Assembly: GCA_049320885.1 (NCBI GenBank) | Contig: JBMORA010000001.1 | Location: 402,622-466,621, forward strand | Direction of reading: 5' to 3' | Length of the DNA stretch: 64,000 nucleotides | Origin: Thermodesulfobacteriota bacterium | Lineage (GTDB): Bacteria; Desulfobacterota; Desulfobacteria; Desulfobacterales; SURF-7 | Part shown: piece by piece, positions 9,645 to 19,392 of the stretch | Layout of the letters: each line of letters begins with the position of its first letter | Numbering within the stretch: position 1 is the stretch's first letter | Notes under the pieces: generated by a model | What the model was told of the DNA's origin: nothing | The model's input: only the letters and a program-made list of their open reading frames with translations | The model's database searches: none | Position numbers and translations under genes: made by a program

Positions 9645-10469
9645 TTGACAGATAAAGGAAAAATTGGAATACCGGAACTCATGAAATCCAACGCCTATGA
9701 AAAAAACTGGGGGCATTACGGGAAGGCCATCGCGGAAAAGAGGGCGACTCCGGAATGGGGAATCGTCCGGAAAGCGAGGGAAACCCACTGGGACGAATTT
9801 TTTTCCGTCAATGGAACCCATGCGGTTCTGGATGCCGGTTGCGGACTCGGAGATTATACGGTCTATGCATTGCGTAGTGGCGCCCGGGTCTGGGCCTTTG
9901 ATTACACTCCGGAAATGGTCATCGCCACCCGTGACAGGATATCGGAAAACGGATTGAAGGCCGAGGGGCTGTATGTGGGTTCCGTCACCGACATCCCCCA
10001 CGAAGACCGATCTTTTGATATTGTTTTCTGCCTCGCCGTGCTGGATCATCTGCCATTGCGGGAACGCCTGCAAGCCCGCAGCGAATTATACCGCGTCCTG
10101 AAACCGGGAGGATTCCTGTATCTGGACGTGCCGAACCGGCTGGCCTGGCATTGGCGTCTCGTCTTTTACGGCATGCGTTTTCTGAACCTGTATCCCGGGG
10201 GGAAAATCCATTTTTTCCTGCCCTGGGAACTGCAAGCCTTCATCCGCGGAGGGGGCTTTCAACCCTCGGGCAGTTTGGGGATGACTTTCTGTCCGCCCTT
10301 CAGCGGCATCTATACCACCGATATCCGGCGGCTCACGATTCTGCCGGACCATCTGATCCAACCCCTGGACGAGTTCTATCTCCGGATCGAGCAAACCTTT
10401 CGGCGCAAGCGTCTTTTCAAGCCGTTCTGCTGGCATTATTTTCTGAAGGCAAAAAAACCGAATGAATGA
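9645..10469 (+). CDS. Class I SAM-dependent methyltransferase
   Basis: VLDAGCGLG, SFDIV, RVLKPGG. Alternative start at ATG 9681. Confidence 0.9.
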   Translation: MTDKGKIGIPELMKSNAYEKNWGHYGKAIAEKRATPEWGIVRKARETHWDEFFSVNGTHAVLDAGCGLGDYTVYALRSGARVWAFDYTPEMVIATRDRISENGLKAEGLYVGSVTDIPHEDRSFDIVFCLAVLDHLPLRERLQARSELYRVLKPGGFLYLDVPNRLAWHWRLVFYGMRFLNLYPGGKIHFFLPWELQAFIRGGGFQPSGSLGMTFCPPFSGIYTTDIRRLTILPDHLIQPLDEFYLRIEQTFRRKRLFKPFCWHYFLKAKKPNE

Positions 10470-10514
10470 TTCATGATATGAGACCCCCCTCGACAACACC
10501 CGGAGCTTCTTTCC

Positions 10515-11252
10515 ATGGCCCTTGACCGCCGCCGATTTTCCATCCCCGCCAGGGAACTGTTGCGGGCGGTCCCGGCCTGGGAATGCCATCTGCATACGGA
10601 TATGACGGATGGGAGCGCCACCATCGAGGCCTGCGCCCGCAAGGCCTGCGATCTGGGATTGACCCGCATCATTTTTACCGAACACACCGAGGGTTGGAAA
10701 TCGTCCAGGCGGAACTGGTTTGACGCCTACCTGGTGGCGGTGCGAAAAACCGCAGAGGCCTATGCGGGCCGGATGGAAATTGTCGCCGGAATCGAGGCCC
10801 CGGCCCTGGATTTCAACCACACGCTGGATCTCGGCGGAGCCGTTCAGGCGGACATCCCGTTTATCCTCGGCGCGGCCCATCGCTATCCGGGCCTGAACGG
10901 CCGACGGGTGAAAGAACTGTCTCCGGCCGAATGCATTGAATTGGAGTACAAAACCCTGCTCTCCCTGGCCCGCAACCCCATGATTTCGTCCATCGCCCAC
11001 CTGGGAGGAACCTGTCGCCGGTATTGCAGCGAATTCCCCGACGACCTGACCGCCAAGGTGATTCGCACGGCCAGGGACAACGGAATCGCCATCGAGCTGA
11101 ATTCCAGATACCACGTTCCCTTATCTCCGATTCTGAGCATCTGTCTTCAGGAGAACGCCCATGTCACCATCGGCAGCGACGCGCATTCCCTCAACGAAAT
11201 CGGGACCGGATGTGCGGCAGTGGCAACCGCCCTGGAGGAGCTGAACGGATGA
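10515..11252 (+). CDS. PHP-domain phosphoesterase (histidinol-phosphatase-like)
   Basis: HLHT..TDG, FTEH, GIE, IAH, IELN, GSDAH. Confidence 0.88.
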   Translation: MALDRRRFSIPARELLRAVPAWECHLHTDMTDGSATIEACARKACDLGLTRIIFTEHTEGWKSSRRNWFDAYLVAVRKTAEAYAGRMEIVAGIEAPALDFNHTLDLGGAVQADIPFILGAAHRYPGLNGRRVKELSPAECIELEYKTLLSLARNPMISSIAHLGGTCRRYCSEFPDDLTAKVIRTARDNGIAIELNSRYHVPLSPILSICLQENAHVTIGSDAHSLNEIGTGCAAVATALEELNG

Positions 11253-12229
11253 GCGAACGTCCCATCCATTTGCTGATCACGGCCGTCGGTTCCGAGCTGG
11301 CTCTTTCGGTCATCAAGGCCGCGCGCCTGGTACGTTTCCCGTTGACTCTGTTCGGCTGCGATATCCATGCCCAGGTGGTCGGCCGGTATTGGTGTAACGG
11401 TTTTCGGACGGTGCCGCCGGCGCGGGAAGAGGATCGGTACATCGCCGCCGTCCGGAACCTGGTCCGGGAATTCCACATAGACGCCCTTGTGCCCACGGCC
11501 GATGCCGAGTTCGAAATTCTCGCCCGGCACCGGGATGGGTTCCGTTCCGATCCCGGTTGCCGCATCCTGGTGAACCCGCTGGATGAAATCAGACGCTTCA
11601 CCGACAAATGGGCAACCCATCAATGGTTTCAAAAAAAAAATATTCCGTCCCCCGCAACCCATCCAGCTGAAACCGAAGCGGATATCCAGGAGGCGGTGTC
11701 CGCACTCGGATTCCCGATGATGCTCAAACCAAGAACCGGCGGAGGTTCGCGACACATATGGAAGCTGCGATCCATGGATGATCTCCGCAAGTATCTGCCG
11801 TCGGTCCCCCGCCCTGTCCTGCAGGAATATGTGTTTCCCGATGACGAAGAATACACCGCCGGCACCTACAGAAGCCGGAGCGGGGAAATTTACGCGATTG
11901 TATTGAAACGCGCACTCAAATTCGGTATGACCAACTCCGCCCGAAGCCTTGCCCACAGACCCGAACTGGAAGCCTTCTGCGCTGAAACCATCCGTAAAAC
12001 CAACCTGGAGGGTTCGAACAACATTCAGTTCCGAATCGACTCGAAGGGCCCCAGGGTGATGGAGATCAACCCCCGTTTTTCCGGCACCACCGGCATCCGC
12101 GCGAACTGCGGCTTCAACGACCTGGAAATGTGGCTGACGGAAGCCCTCGACCTTGGAACAATCCGTCCCCCCACGATCCGCGAGCGGCTGGTGATGAGAT
12201 ATATGGAAGAGCTGTATGTCGATATTTAG
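11249..12229 (+). CDS. ATP-grasp domain protein (carbamoyl-phosphate-synthase-like ligase)
   Basis: DKW, FPMMLKPRTGGGS, LQEY, EINPRFSG; ATGA overlap with the PHP gene. Confidence 0.88.
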   Translation: MSERPIHLLITAVGSELALSVIKAARLVRFPLTLFGCDIHAQVVGRYWCNGFRTVPPAREEDRYIAAVRNLVREFHIDALVPTADAEFEILARHRDGFRSDPGCRILVNPLDEIRRFTDKWATHQWFQKKNIPSPATHPAETEADIQEAVSALGFPMMLKPRTGGGSRHIWKLRSMDDLRKYLPSVPRPVLQEYVFPDDEEYTAGTYRSRSGEIYAIVLKRALKFGMTNSARSLAHRPELEAFCAETIRKTNLEGSNNIQFRIDSKGPRVMEINPRFSGTTGIRANCGFNDLEMWLTEALDLGTIRPPTIRERLVMRYMEELYVDI

Positions 12230-12241
12230 GAGCAAAACAAC

Positions 12242-13168
12242 ATGCATGTATCCATGGTGAGCCCGGTCTACAACGAAGAAAAAACCATTGTCGAATTTAT
12301 CGAGCGATCCCTCGCCGCGCTGAGGACGATGACGCCGGATTTCGAGATGATCCTGGTCAATGACGGCAGCACGGACAACACCCTGCGACTTTTGCAGGCT
12401 TTAAAAGCAGCGCATCCGCAGATACGGATTGTCAATCTGTCGAGAAACATGGGCCAGCAGGCCGCGACACTCATCGGAATGCAGCAGGCAAGCGGCGAGA
12501 TGGTTTTTCTGCTCGACTCCGATCTGCAGATATATCCGGAAGATATGCTCAAACTGTATCGACACGCCGGCGGCCTCGAAACCTGGGAAGTGATCAGCGG
12601 CGCCAGGTCGCACAGGTCCCATGGATTCCTGCGATCCATCGGCTCCCGTACGGTGACCCGCCTGGTCAACTTCATGGCCCGCACCAACCTGACGGATCCG
12701 GCCTCCACCTTTCTGCTGATCAAAAAGGATGTCCTGCAAAAAGTCATCAAATACGACATCCTGGCCCAAAATTTTTCCCTGCTCATCTGCTATCTGGGCT
12801 TCTCGATTTCCCAGGTTCCGATCGAGTATCATCCCAATACCAGACGCAACAGCAGTTACAGCCTGTTCACCCTGATGGAAGTGCTGTTTCTGGCCGTTCT
12901 CAACTATTCAACGGGAAAAAAAACCATCTTCTACCTCATGCTCACGGGGTTTGCATCCCTGGGAACCGGCGCTTTTTTCACCGTCGTGCTCATCATGGCC
13001 GGGATCATCCAGCAGACGAAACTGGCCACCAATCTGCTGCTGTTTTTTTTATCCATCGCCATTATCGGTATCCAGTTCATTTTCCTGGGCATCATCGCCT
13101 ATAAAATCGAATCCACCAACCGGAACCTCGGGTTCCGCCAGACCATCACCTGTATCCGCGATGAATAA
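12242..13168 (+). CDS. GT2 polyprenyl-phosphate glycosyltransferase (ArnC/GtrB-like)
   Basis: PVYNEE, VNDGSTD, LSRNMGQQAA, LDSDLQ; two C-terminal TM helices. Confidence 0.9.
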   Translation: MHVSMVSPVYNEEKTIVEFIERSLAALRTMTPDFEMILVNDGSTDNTLRLLQALKAAHPQIRIVNLSRNMGQQAATLIGMQQASGEMVFLLDSDLQIYPEDMLKLYRHAGGLETWEVISGARSHRSHGFLRSIGSRTVTRLVNFMARTNLTDPASTFLLIKKDVLQKVIKYDILAQNFSLLICYLGFSISQVPIEYHPNTRRNSSYSLFTLMEVLFLAVLNYSTGKKTIFYLMLTGFASLGTGAFFTVVLIMAGIIQQTKLATNLLLFFLSIAIIGIQFIFLGIIAYKIESTNRNLGFRQTITCIRDE

Positions 13169-14219
13169 ATCAAAAACACCGCTTCCGGAAAACGCCGTCT
13201 ATACCGGCAGAGGCACAACGGCCCTCTGGGCGATCCTCAACGCGCTGGATCGCAGGGGCGCCGATGTGATGCTGCCCGTCAATATCTGCGAGATCGTCAT
13301 CCCGGTGCTGCTGAATGCCGGCCTGCGACCGGCCTTCTACGATGTCGATCCGAACAGCGGCAACACGACCATCGAGATTCTCCGGGCTTCCAGAACGGCC
13401 CGCGCCGCCGCCTGCATCGTCGTTCACAATTTCGGGACACCTCTGGAAATCGGCCCCATGGCGGAATGGGCCGCCCGGGAGGGTCTTTTCCTGATCGAGG
13501 ATGCCTGCAATGCCCTGGGCGCCGCCTGGCGGGGAAGGCCGGTCGGAACCTTCGGGGATGCTTCCATATTCAGTTTCGGTCATGCCAAGATCGTCGCTGT
13601 CGGCGCCGGCGGTGCGCTCCATGTCCGGGACCGGGAAATGGGGGAAAAAGCCAAGCAGCTCCTGAGGTCCCTGCCGACGGCCTCCCGCGTCCATAAGGAA
13701 GCGGATGTCCATTTCCAATCTGTTTTGCGCTCCCTGCGCCTGAATCCGATCGCCCAGAAACCGTCGATCTACAGAAGTCTGTATGGAGAATATTTTCCGT
13801 ACCTCCTGTTCCAGCCGGACGAAGCCATGAAAAAAGACATGGACCAAGGCCTGACGGGGCTGGAGGCGAACCTCGCATCCAGGCGCAAAAAAGCGGCGCT
13901 ATGGCGGGAATGCCTGACCTTGGCGACCCTGGAACATCGTGAACTCGTCGAGGGGGACGCCGTCTGGCGGTATACCTTCCTTGCCCCGGAAAAAAGACGG
14001 AACGGGATTCTGGAAGCATTGTCTGCCGCTTCCATACCGGCAAGCAAGTGGTATCCTCCCGTCCATACCCTTTTCGACGAGTTTTCCGGGTTTGGCGCCT
14101 TTCCCGGCGCGGAAAGTTTCGCCAGCCGCTGCATCAATGTCTTCGTGGACGAATCCGTCTCCGTCCGCCGGATACGCAAGGCGGCCGAACTTATTCAACA
14201 GACGCTGGAAGAATCATGA
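13161..14219 (+). CDS. DegT/DnrJ/EryC1/StrS-family PLP-dependent aminotransferase (divergent)
   Basis: GTTAL, VHNFG, IEDACNALGA, GTFGDASIFSFGHAK. Confidence 0.85.
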   Translation: MNKSKTPLPENAVYTGRGTTALWAILNALDRRGADVMLPVNICEIVIPVLLNAGLRPAFYDVDPNSGNTTIEILRASRTARAAACIVVHNFGTPLEIGPMAEWAAREGLFLIEDACNALGAAWRGRPVGTFGDASIFSFGHAKIVAVGAGGALHVRDREMGEKAKQLLRSLPTASRVHKEADVHFQSVLRSLRLNPIAQKPSIYRSLYGEYFPYLLFQPDEAMKKDMDQGLTGLEANLASRRKKAALWRECLTLATLEHRELVEGDAVWRYTFLAPEKRRNGILEALSAASIPASKWYPPVHTLFDEFSGFGAFPGAESFASRCINVFVDESVSVRRIRKAAELIQQTLEES

Positions 14220-14935
14220 GGCGCATTTCCATCATCCAACCAAGCTTCCTGCCCTGGCTGGGATATTTCGAACAGATGGGCCGCGCCGACGTGTTCGTTC
14301 ATTTCGACGATGTCCAATACACCCGCAAGGACTGGAGGAATCGCAACCGCCTGAAGAGCCCGGACGGGGTGCAGATGGTCACCGTTCCGGTGCAGCAACA
14401 CCACTATGCGCAAACACCCATTAACCAGATCCGGATATCGTATGATTCCCCCTGGAATGAAAAAATGCTCCACCGGATTTCCTTCTGGTATAAAAGCGCC
14501 CCATATTTCGAACCCGTCTTTTCCGAAATCAAGGCCGTTCTCATGATGAGGTTCGATTATCTCACGGATCTGAACTACGCCCTGCTTGAAATTCTGAGGA
14601 AACGGCTGGAAATTGCGACTCCCCAATATAAATCCTCCGATCTTCCCGGAAAACCGGAGGACAAGAACGCAAAAATCATCGACATCTGCAGACGCCACAA
14701 TGCGGATCTGCTCTATGACGGCAATGCGGCCAAAAGCTTCATCAACCGGGACCTGTTCGCGGCAAACGGGATATCCGTCATCTTCCAGGAATACCATCAC
14801 ACCCCTTACCCGCAATTGTGGGGCGATTTCACCTCCCATCTTTCGGTGCTGGACCTGCTGATGAATTGCGGACCGGAATCGAGAAAAATTCTGCTGTCGA
14901 GTCCCGTTCCGGAATTGTTGGAGAAGCCATCATGA
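14216..14935 (+). CDS. WbqC-like family protein
   Basis: IIQPSFLPWLGYF, DDVQY..WRNRNR, YPQLWGDF..HLSVLDLLMNCG. Confidence 0.92.
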   Translation: MRRISIIQPSFLPWLGYFEQMGRADVFVHFDDVQYTRKDWRNRNRLKSPDGVQMVTVPVQQHHYAQTPINQIRISYDSPWNEKMLHRISFWYKSAPYFEPVFSEIKAVLMMRFDYLTDLNYALLEILRKRLEIATPQYKSSDLPGKPEDKNAKIIDICRRHNADLLYDGNAAKSFINRDLFAANGISVIFQEYHHTPYPQLWGDFTSHLSVLDLLMNCGPESRKILLSSPVPELLEKPS

Positions 14936-16107
14936 CCTGCACCCGCAATTGCCCTGTCTGCGGCTCCGAAAACTGGGAGCCGTTTCTTGGTTTCCGCACG
15001 GGCAGGGCGCTCACCAGCGACCAGGCCATTATCTGCGCCGATCTGGACAAATCCGTCTGCCGCGGGTGCGGGATAGTGGCGAACACCCGGAGGGCGACGG
15101 AAGCAGAGCTGCGACGCTATTATTCCACGGATTACACCCTCGGCCTGTCGGAAACCGAGCATCTGTTCTTCGGCAGCCATGGACCGCTGCCCCGCTCCCA
15201 GGTATATTTCGACTGGATAAGCCCCCACCTGCCGGAACATTTTTCTAGTCTGCTGGAAATCGGCTGCGGTCAGGGGCATTTGCTGAAAAGGCTTTCCGAC
15301 CGGTATCCCGGAAAGCGCCTGCGGGGTATCGACGGCAGCCGGGAGGCCTGCGGAATCGCCAGGAAAAAAGGCCTTGCGGTTGATCCGGGAATGCTGTCGC
15401 CGGACGATGGCGCCCCTCCCCGTCCCAAGGTGGATGTCATCCTCGCCGTCGGTGTTCTGGAACATGTGGAGACACCCGCCTTCTTTGTCCATTCCATCAG
15501 CCAGATGCTTTCCGAAAACGGAACCGCCATCTTATGCGCTCCTGTTCAGGATTATCCCGGATGCGATCTGTTTTTCTGCGAACACATCTGGCATTTCACC
15601 GCCTTCCAATGCGCCGGCATGCTGGAGAACAACGGCCTGGAAGTGGTGCATCTGGATTTCCATCATCCCGTCAACACCGGTTTCGGCCTTTTTGTCTGCC
15701 GAAGCGCCATGGGGAAAAAACATCCGGTGAACCCCGCGCCGCAAAGCCGCGCCGCCATAACGAACAGGGATGTCTGGCTACGGATTTTCGACGCCGTGAA
15801 CGCCTGGCTCGCCGCCAGGACCGGAATCCGGCTGGCGGTGTTCGGCTGCAGTGAGATCTTCAGTCTGTTGATGGCCTATACGGCGCTTGGCGACCATAAC
15901 ATCCTTGCCTGCCTCGACGAAAACCGCGCCCTCTGGGGCACCGGAAAGCACGGAATCGAGGTGGTTTCACCGGAATGGCTGGCCGCCGGGCGGGCGGATG
16001 CGGTTTTACTGGCCATCAGTCCAAAATATCACAATCTTGTATTGGAAAAAATCCGGCCTTACGGTATAGAGGTTTTTTCATTCATCCAAAAGGAGATCGG
16101 TGCTTGA
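14932..16107 (+). CDS. SAM-dependent methyltransferase with N-terminal Zn finger (sugar C-methyltransferase-like architecture)
   Basis: CPVC...CRGC, LLEIGCGQG, VLEHV, EHIWHF; C-terminal Rossmann-like segment LAVFGCS...LDEN. Confidence 0.85.
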   Translation: MTCTRNCPVCGSENWEPFLGFRTGRALTSDQAIICADLDKSVCRGCGIVANTRRATEAELRRYYSTDYTLGLSETEHLFFGSHGPLPRSQVYFDWISPHLPEHFSSLLEIGCGQGHLLKRLSDRYPGKRLRGIDGSREACGIARKKGLAVDPGMLSPDDGAPPRPKVDVILAVGVLEHVETPAFFVHSISQMLSENGTAILCAPVQDYPGCDLFFCEHIWHFTAFQCAGMLENNGLEVVHLDFHHPVNTGFGLFVCRSAMGKKHPVNPAPQSRAAITNRDVWLRIFDAVNAWLAARTGIRLAVFGCSEIFSLLMAYTALGDHNILACLDENRALWGTGKHGIEVVSPEWLAAGRADAVLLAISPKYHNLVLEKIRPYGIEVFSFIQKEIGA

Positions 16108-17135
16108 GAACCATATTAATCACCGGAGGCGCTGGTTTCATCGGCTCCAACCTGGTGCGCTACTGGTATGACAACCATCCGGAGGACCGGATCATCGTCC
16201 TCGACACCCTGACCTATGCCGGCCGACTGTTGAACATACCGGTACGGATTCACAAGGACAAAGACCGTTTCGATTTCTACCTGGGAAGCGTCACGTCCAT
16301 CGAGATGGTCAATTCGGTTGTCCAGAAATCGGATATTGTCGTTCATTTCGCGGCCGAAACCCATGTCACCCGGTCCATCCTCGAAAGCCGGCGCTTCTTT
16401 GAAACCGATGTTCTGGGTACCCATACCATCGCCAATGCCGTGCTGAAATTTCAGGACCAGGTGGAACGGTTCATCCACATATCCACTTCGGAGGTTTACG
16501 GCACGGCCCTATACGATCCCATGGATGAGGAGCACCCCCTCAACCCCTGCAGCCCTTATGCCTCCGCCAAATGCGGCGCCGACCGCCTCGTGCTCTCGTA
16601 TTTCCTGACCTATGGAATACCGGCGGTCATCCTGCGGCCTTTCAACCAGTATGGTCCCTATCAGCATCTGGAAAAAGTGATCCCGCGGTTCATCACCTCG
16701 GCCATTCATGACGAGCCCCTGACCATCCACGGGGACGGAACCGCCAAAAGGGATTGGTTGTATGTGGAGGACACCTGCCGCCGCATCGAAGCGGCCATCG
16801 AGGCCCCGCTGGAAACGGTCCGCGGCCAGGCCATCAATATCGGCTCCGGGGAGGATATCAGCATCATCGACATCGCGCACATGATCCTGCAGGAAACCGG
16901 AAAGCCCATGGAACTGCTCGTTCATGTGGGGGACCGTCTCGGCCAGGTTTCCCGACACATATCCTCAACGGAAAAAGCCGCAAACCTGCTGGGTGTTGGT
17001 GCCGGCCGGCCGTTCCGGGAAGGGTTGCGGCAGACCATCGACTGGTATGTCCGCAATGAACCCTGGTGGCGGGAAATCGAATGGATGAAACACGTAAAGG
17101 TATTGACCGATGCCGGAAAAGAGGAAGCCCATTGA
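16104..17135 (+). CDS. rfbB: dTDP-glucose 4,6-dehydratase-like NAD-dependent epimerase/dehydratase
   Basis: ITGGAGFIGSN, LDTLTYAG, HFAAETHVTRS, ISTSEVYG, PYASAK, RDWLYVED; TTG start overlaps the upstream TGA; AGGAG RBS. Confidence 0.85.
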   Translation: MRTILITGGAGFIGSNLVRYWYDNHPEDRIIVLDTLTYAGRLLNIPVRIHKDKDRFDFYLGSVTSIEMVNSVVQKSDIVVHFAAETHVTRSILESRRFFETDVLGTHTIANAVLKFQDQVERFIHISTSEVYGTALYDPMDEEHPLNPCSPYASAKCGADRLVLSYFLTYGIPAVILRPFNQYGPYQHLEKVIPRFITSAIHDEPLTIHGDGTAKRDWLYVEDTCRRIEAAIEAPLETVRGQAINIGSGEDISIIDIAHMILQETGKPMELLVHVGDRLGQVSRHISSTEKAANLLGVGAGRPFREGLRQTIDWYVRNEPWWREIEWMKHVKVLTDAGKEEAH

Positions 17136-17181
17136 TGCCATTTGTCAGGATTGAATAACCGATGAAACCATCGCCGCGGCC

Positions 17182-18225
17182 GTGCTTATGACCTTCAATC
17201 TATTGAAACTCAAACAACACCTGCGCATCATCGGCCACAACCCCTGGTTGTTGGGGCTGCATCCGAATATTCTCAACTATTTGAAATACAAAATAGAAAA
17301 AAAAAGAACGACGGTCGATATCCACAAAAGGGGCGTGGTCTATACGACCCTGTATCTGACCCGCAGGTGCAATCTGAACTGCCGCTTCTGCATTGTGGCC
17401 CGGACGACGAACACCAGGGATCACCGCGAATTTGAAATGAGTCCTGGACAATGTCGGCGGATCATGGAGCATCCGGCTTTCAACCGCAGCCTGTATGTCA
17501 TGCTCTCCGGAGGCGAACCGCTGCTGAACGACCATATCGGCGACATCGTCCGCCTGCTCAAAGGCCAGAAACGCATCGTCTCCGTCACCACCAACGGCCT
17601 TCTGTTGCCCCGGAAATTGGATCGGCTGCTGGAAGCCGGGCTTGATTCCATCAATATTTCCGTTTATGACGAGACCATCGAAAAATTGCGGGAAATCGTC
17701 CCCGTGGCGGCCGCCGCTTCCTTTGTCAAGCTCTGCAAACTGGTGACCAGGGACATGCTTCATGATCCCGGAAAGGTGGAGGAGGCAGCGGAGCTTGCCG
17801 CCGCATCCAATTGCGGGGGGTTGTATCTGGCGAATGTCCTGCCCGGACCGGGGACGTCCCACGACATCAGCGCCGGGGTCGTTTTCGAGAACGATCCGGC
17901 CTTTGAACCATTTCAAAGACGATTGAAACGGAAGTTTCCCGGGTTGCCGATTCATTTTTTCGCTCCTCTGCAACGGACGCCCCGGAAAAGAGTCTGCCAG
18001 ATCCCCTGGTACCTGGGAATTGTGGATAACCAGGGGAACTATGGTTTTTGCTGTTATGATCACCTGTGCAACAAGGGCAATATTTATGATGAAGCCCTTT
18101 CCCGTTTCCACAACGGCGACCCCTGGCCCCGGGTGCGCGGGGAAATTCTGGATCCGTCGGCTCCGATGACCGTTTTTTGCAGAAACTGCTACCTGTTGAA
18201 CGACAGATGGGCCGCGAAGGTATAG
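17182..18225 (+). CDS. Radical SAM protein with SPASM/twitch domain
   Basis: CNLNCRFC, SGGEPLL, TTNG; C-terminal CQIPW..CC..CRNC. Confidence 0.9.
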   Translation: MLMTFNLLKLKQHLRIIGHNPWLLGLHPNILNYLKYKIEKKRTTVDIHKRGVVYTTLYLTRRCNLNCRFCIVARTTNTRDHREFEMSPGQCRRIMEHPAFNRSLYVMLSGGEPLLNDHIGDIVRLLKGQKRIVSVTTNGLLLPRKLDRLLEAGLDSINISVYDETIEKLREIVPVAAAASFVKLCKLVTRDMLHDPGKVEEAAELAAASNCGGLYLANVLPGPGTSHDISAGVVFENDPAFEPFQRRLKRKFPGLPIHFFAPLQRTPRKRVCQIPWYLGIVDNQGNYGFCCYDHLCNKGNIYDEALSRFHNGDPWPRVRGEILDPSAPMTVFCRNCYLLNDRWAAKV

Positions 18226-18238
18226 GAAAGGGAAACAA

Positions 18239-18649
18239 GTGAATGAAACCGGCATCCGTTCATCCGATGGAGGCGGCCAAGTGACGGGATATCTCTATCT
18301 TGGCGCGGCGCTGATACTGGCGGCCTATATCAATCTGGTTCTCAAATATTATCTGAACTCGGTGGGGGACATCCCTTCGGGAACCGATTTTCTCTTGTTC
18401 TGCCTGAAGTTTCTGTTTTTAAGCTTCTGGGGCCTGAGCTGCATTGCCAGTGTCGTCTCATGCGCCCTGCTGTGGTTCGCGATCATCTCCCGGTTTGAGC
18501 TGAGCTACATTTTCCCTTTTATGAGCCTGAATTTCGTTCTGGTTACGGTTCTGTCCATGCTCATTCTGGGAGAGCCGTTTTCATGGAACAAAATCATCGG
18601 CGTGGCGTTGATCGTCCTCGGGGTTGTGGTGGTGGGGCGGGGTATCTGA
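18239..18649 (+). CDS. Small DMT/EamA membrane protein (ArnE/ArnF-like flippase subunit)
   Basis: About 4 TM helices; ELSYIFPFMSL, LGEPFSWNKIIG. Alternative GTG start at 18281 with GGAGG RBS. Confidence 0.8.
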   Translation: MNETGIRSSDGGGQVTGYLYLGAALILAAYINLVLKYYLNSVGDIPSGTDFLLFCLKFLFLSFWGLSCIASVVSCALLWFAIISRFELSYIFPFMSLNFVLVTVLSMLILGEPFSWNKIIGVALIVLGVVVVGRGI

Positions 18650-18651
18650 AA

Positions 18652-19392
18652 ATGACCGGATACTCCGCGAAAAGGATATCCAGCCTGCATACGGGACGGA
18701 ATCATTTCTGGTTCCGGCATCGCAACCGTGTCATCGCGGGAAAACTTTACAAGGCCCTGGCCGGGATTTCGCACCCCAGGATCCTGGAACTGGGTTGCGG
18801 CAGCGGCATCATCGCCAACTATCTCAAAGCCTTGGGCTACGAAATGACGGCTTCGGATCTGAATCCGGGCTTTCAATCCTTTCTGACCGACGGAATCGAC
18901 GCCTTTGAATATTCCCTGGGGGATGATCCGCCCCCCGAACGGGCGCAGGCATACGACGCCCTTCTCCTGGGCGATGTCATCGAACACATCCGCAATCCCG
19001 TCGCCGCCCTGCAAAAAGCCCGGGGCTTTATCAGGCCGGGAGGCATCCTTCTCGTCACGGTGCCGGCCATGCGGGAGTTGTGGTCCGAATTGGATGACTT
19101 CAGCCTTCATGTAAAACGCTATGGCCCGGGCGATCTGCGCCGGGAGATGCAGGCCGCGGGGTATGCGGTGGAGTCGCTGGAATATTTCATGTTCATTCCC
19201 GCGGTAATTTTGTATATCCAGCGCGGAATGATTCTGGGGAAAGGCTCGCGGAGACTGAATCACGACAGCCTTGCGATCCCGGGATACGTAAACGCCATCC
19301 TGGAAATGTGTATGCGCATGGAATATCATGTCCTGAAACAGATTGCGGCGCCTTTCGGCAGCTCGCTGATAACCATCGGAAGAAAATCATGA
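18652..19392 (+). CDS. Class I SAM-dependent methyltransferase
   Basis: HFWF..R, ILELGCGSG, DVIEHI, VTVPA..LWS..D...HVKRY. Confidence 0.88.
   Translation: MTGYSAKRISSLHTGRNHFWFRHRNRVIAGKLYKALAGISHPRILELGCGSGIIANYLKALGYEMTASDLNPGFQSFLTDGIDAFEYSLGDDPPPERAQAYDALLLGDVIEHIRNPVAALQKARGFIRPGGILLVTVPAMRELWSELDDFSLHVKRYGPGDLRREMQAAGYAVESLEYFMFIPAVILYIQRGMILGKGSRRLNHDSLAIPGYVNAILEMCMRMEYHVLKQIAAPFGSSLITIGRKS

Noticed and set aside
17182..18225. RiPP cluster around the radical SAM-SPASM gene
   Set aside because: No precursor peptide, RRE or peptidase is seen; the context is sugar biosynthesis.
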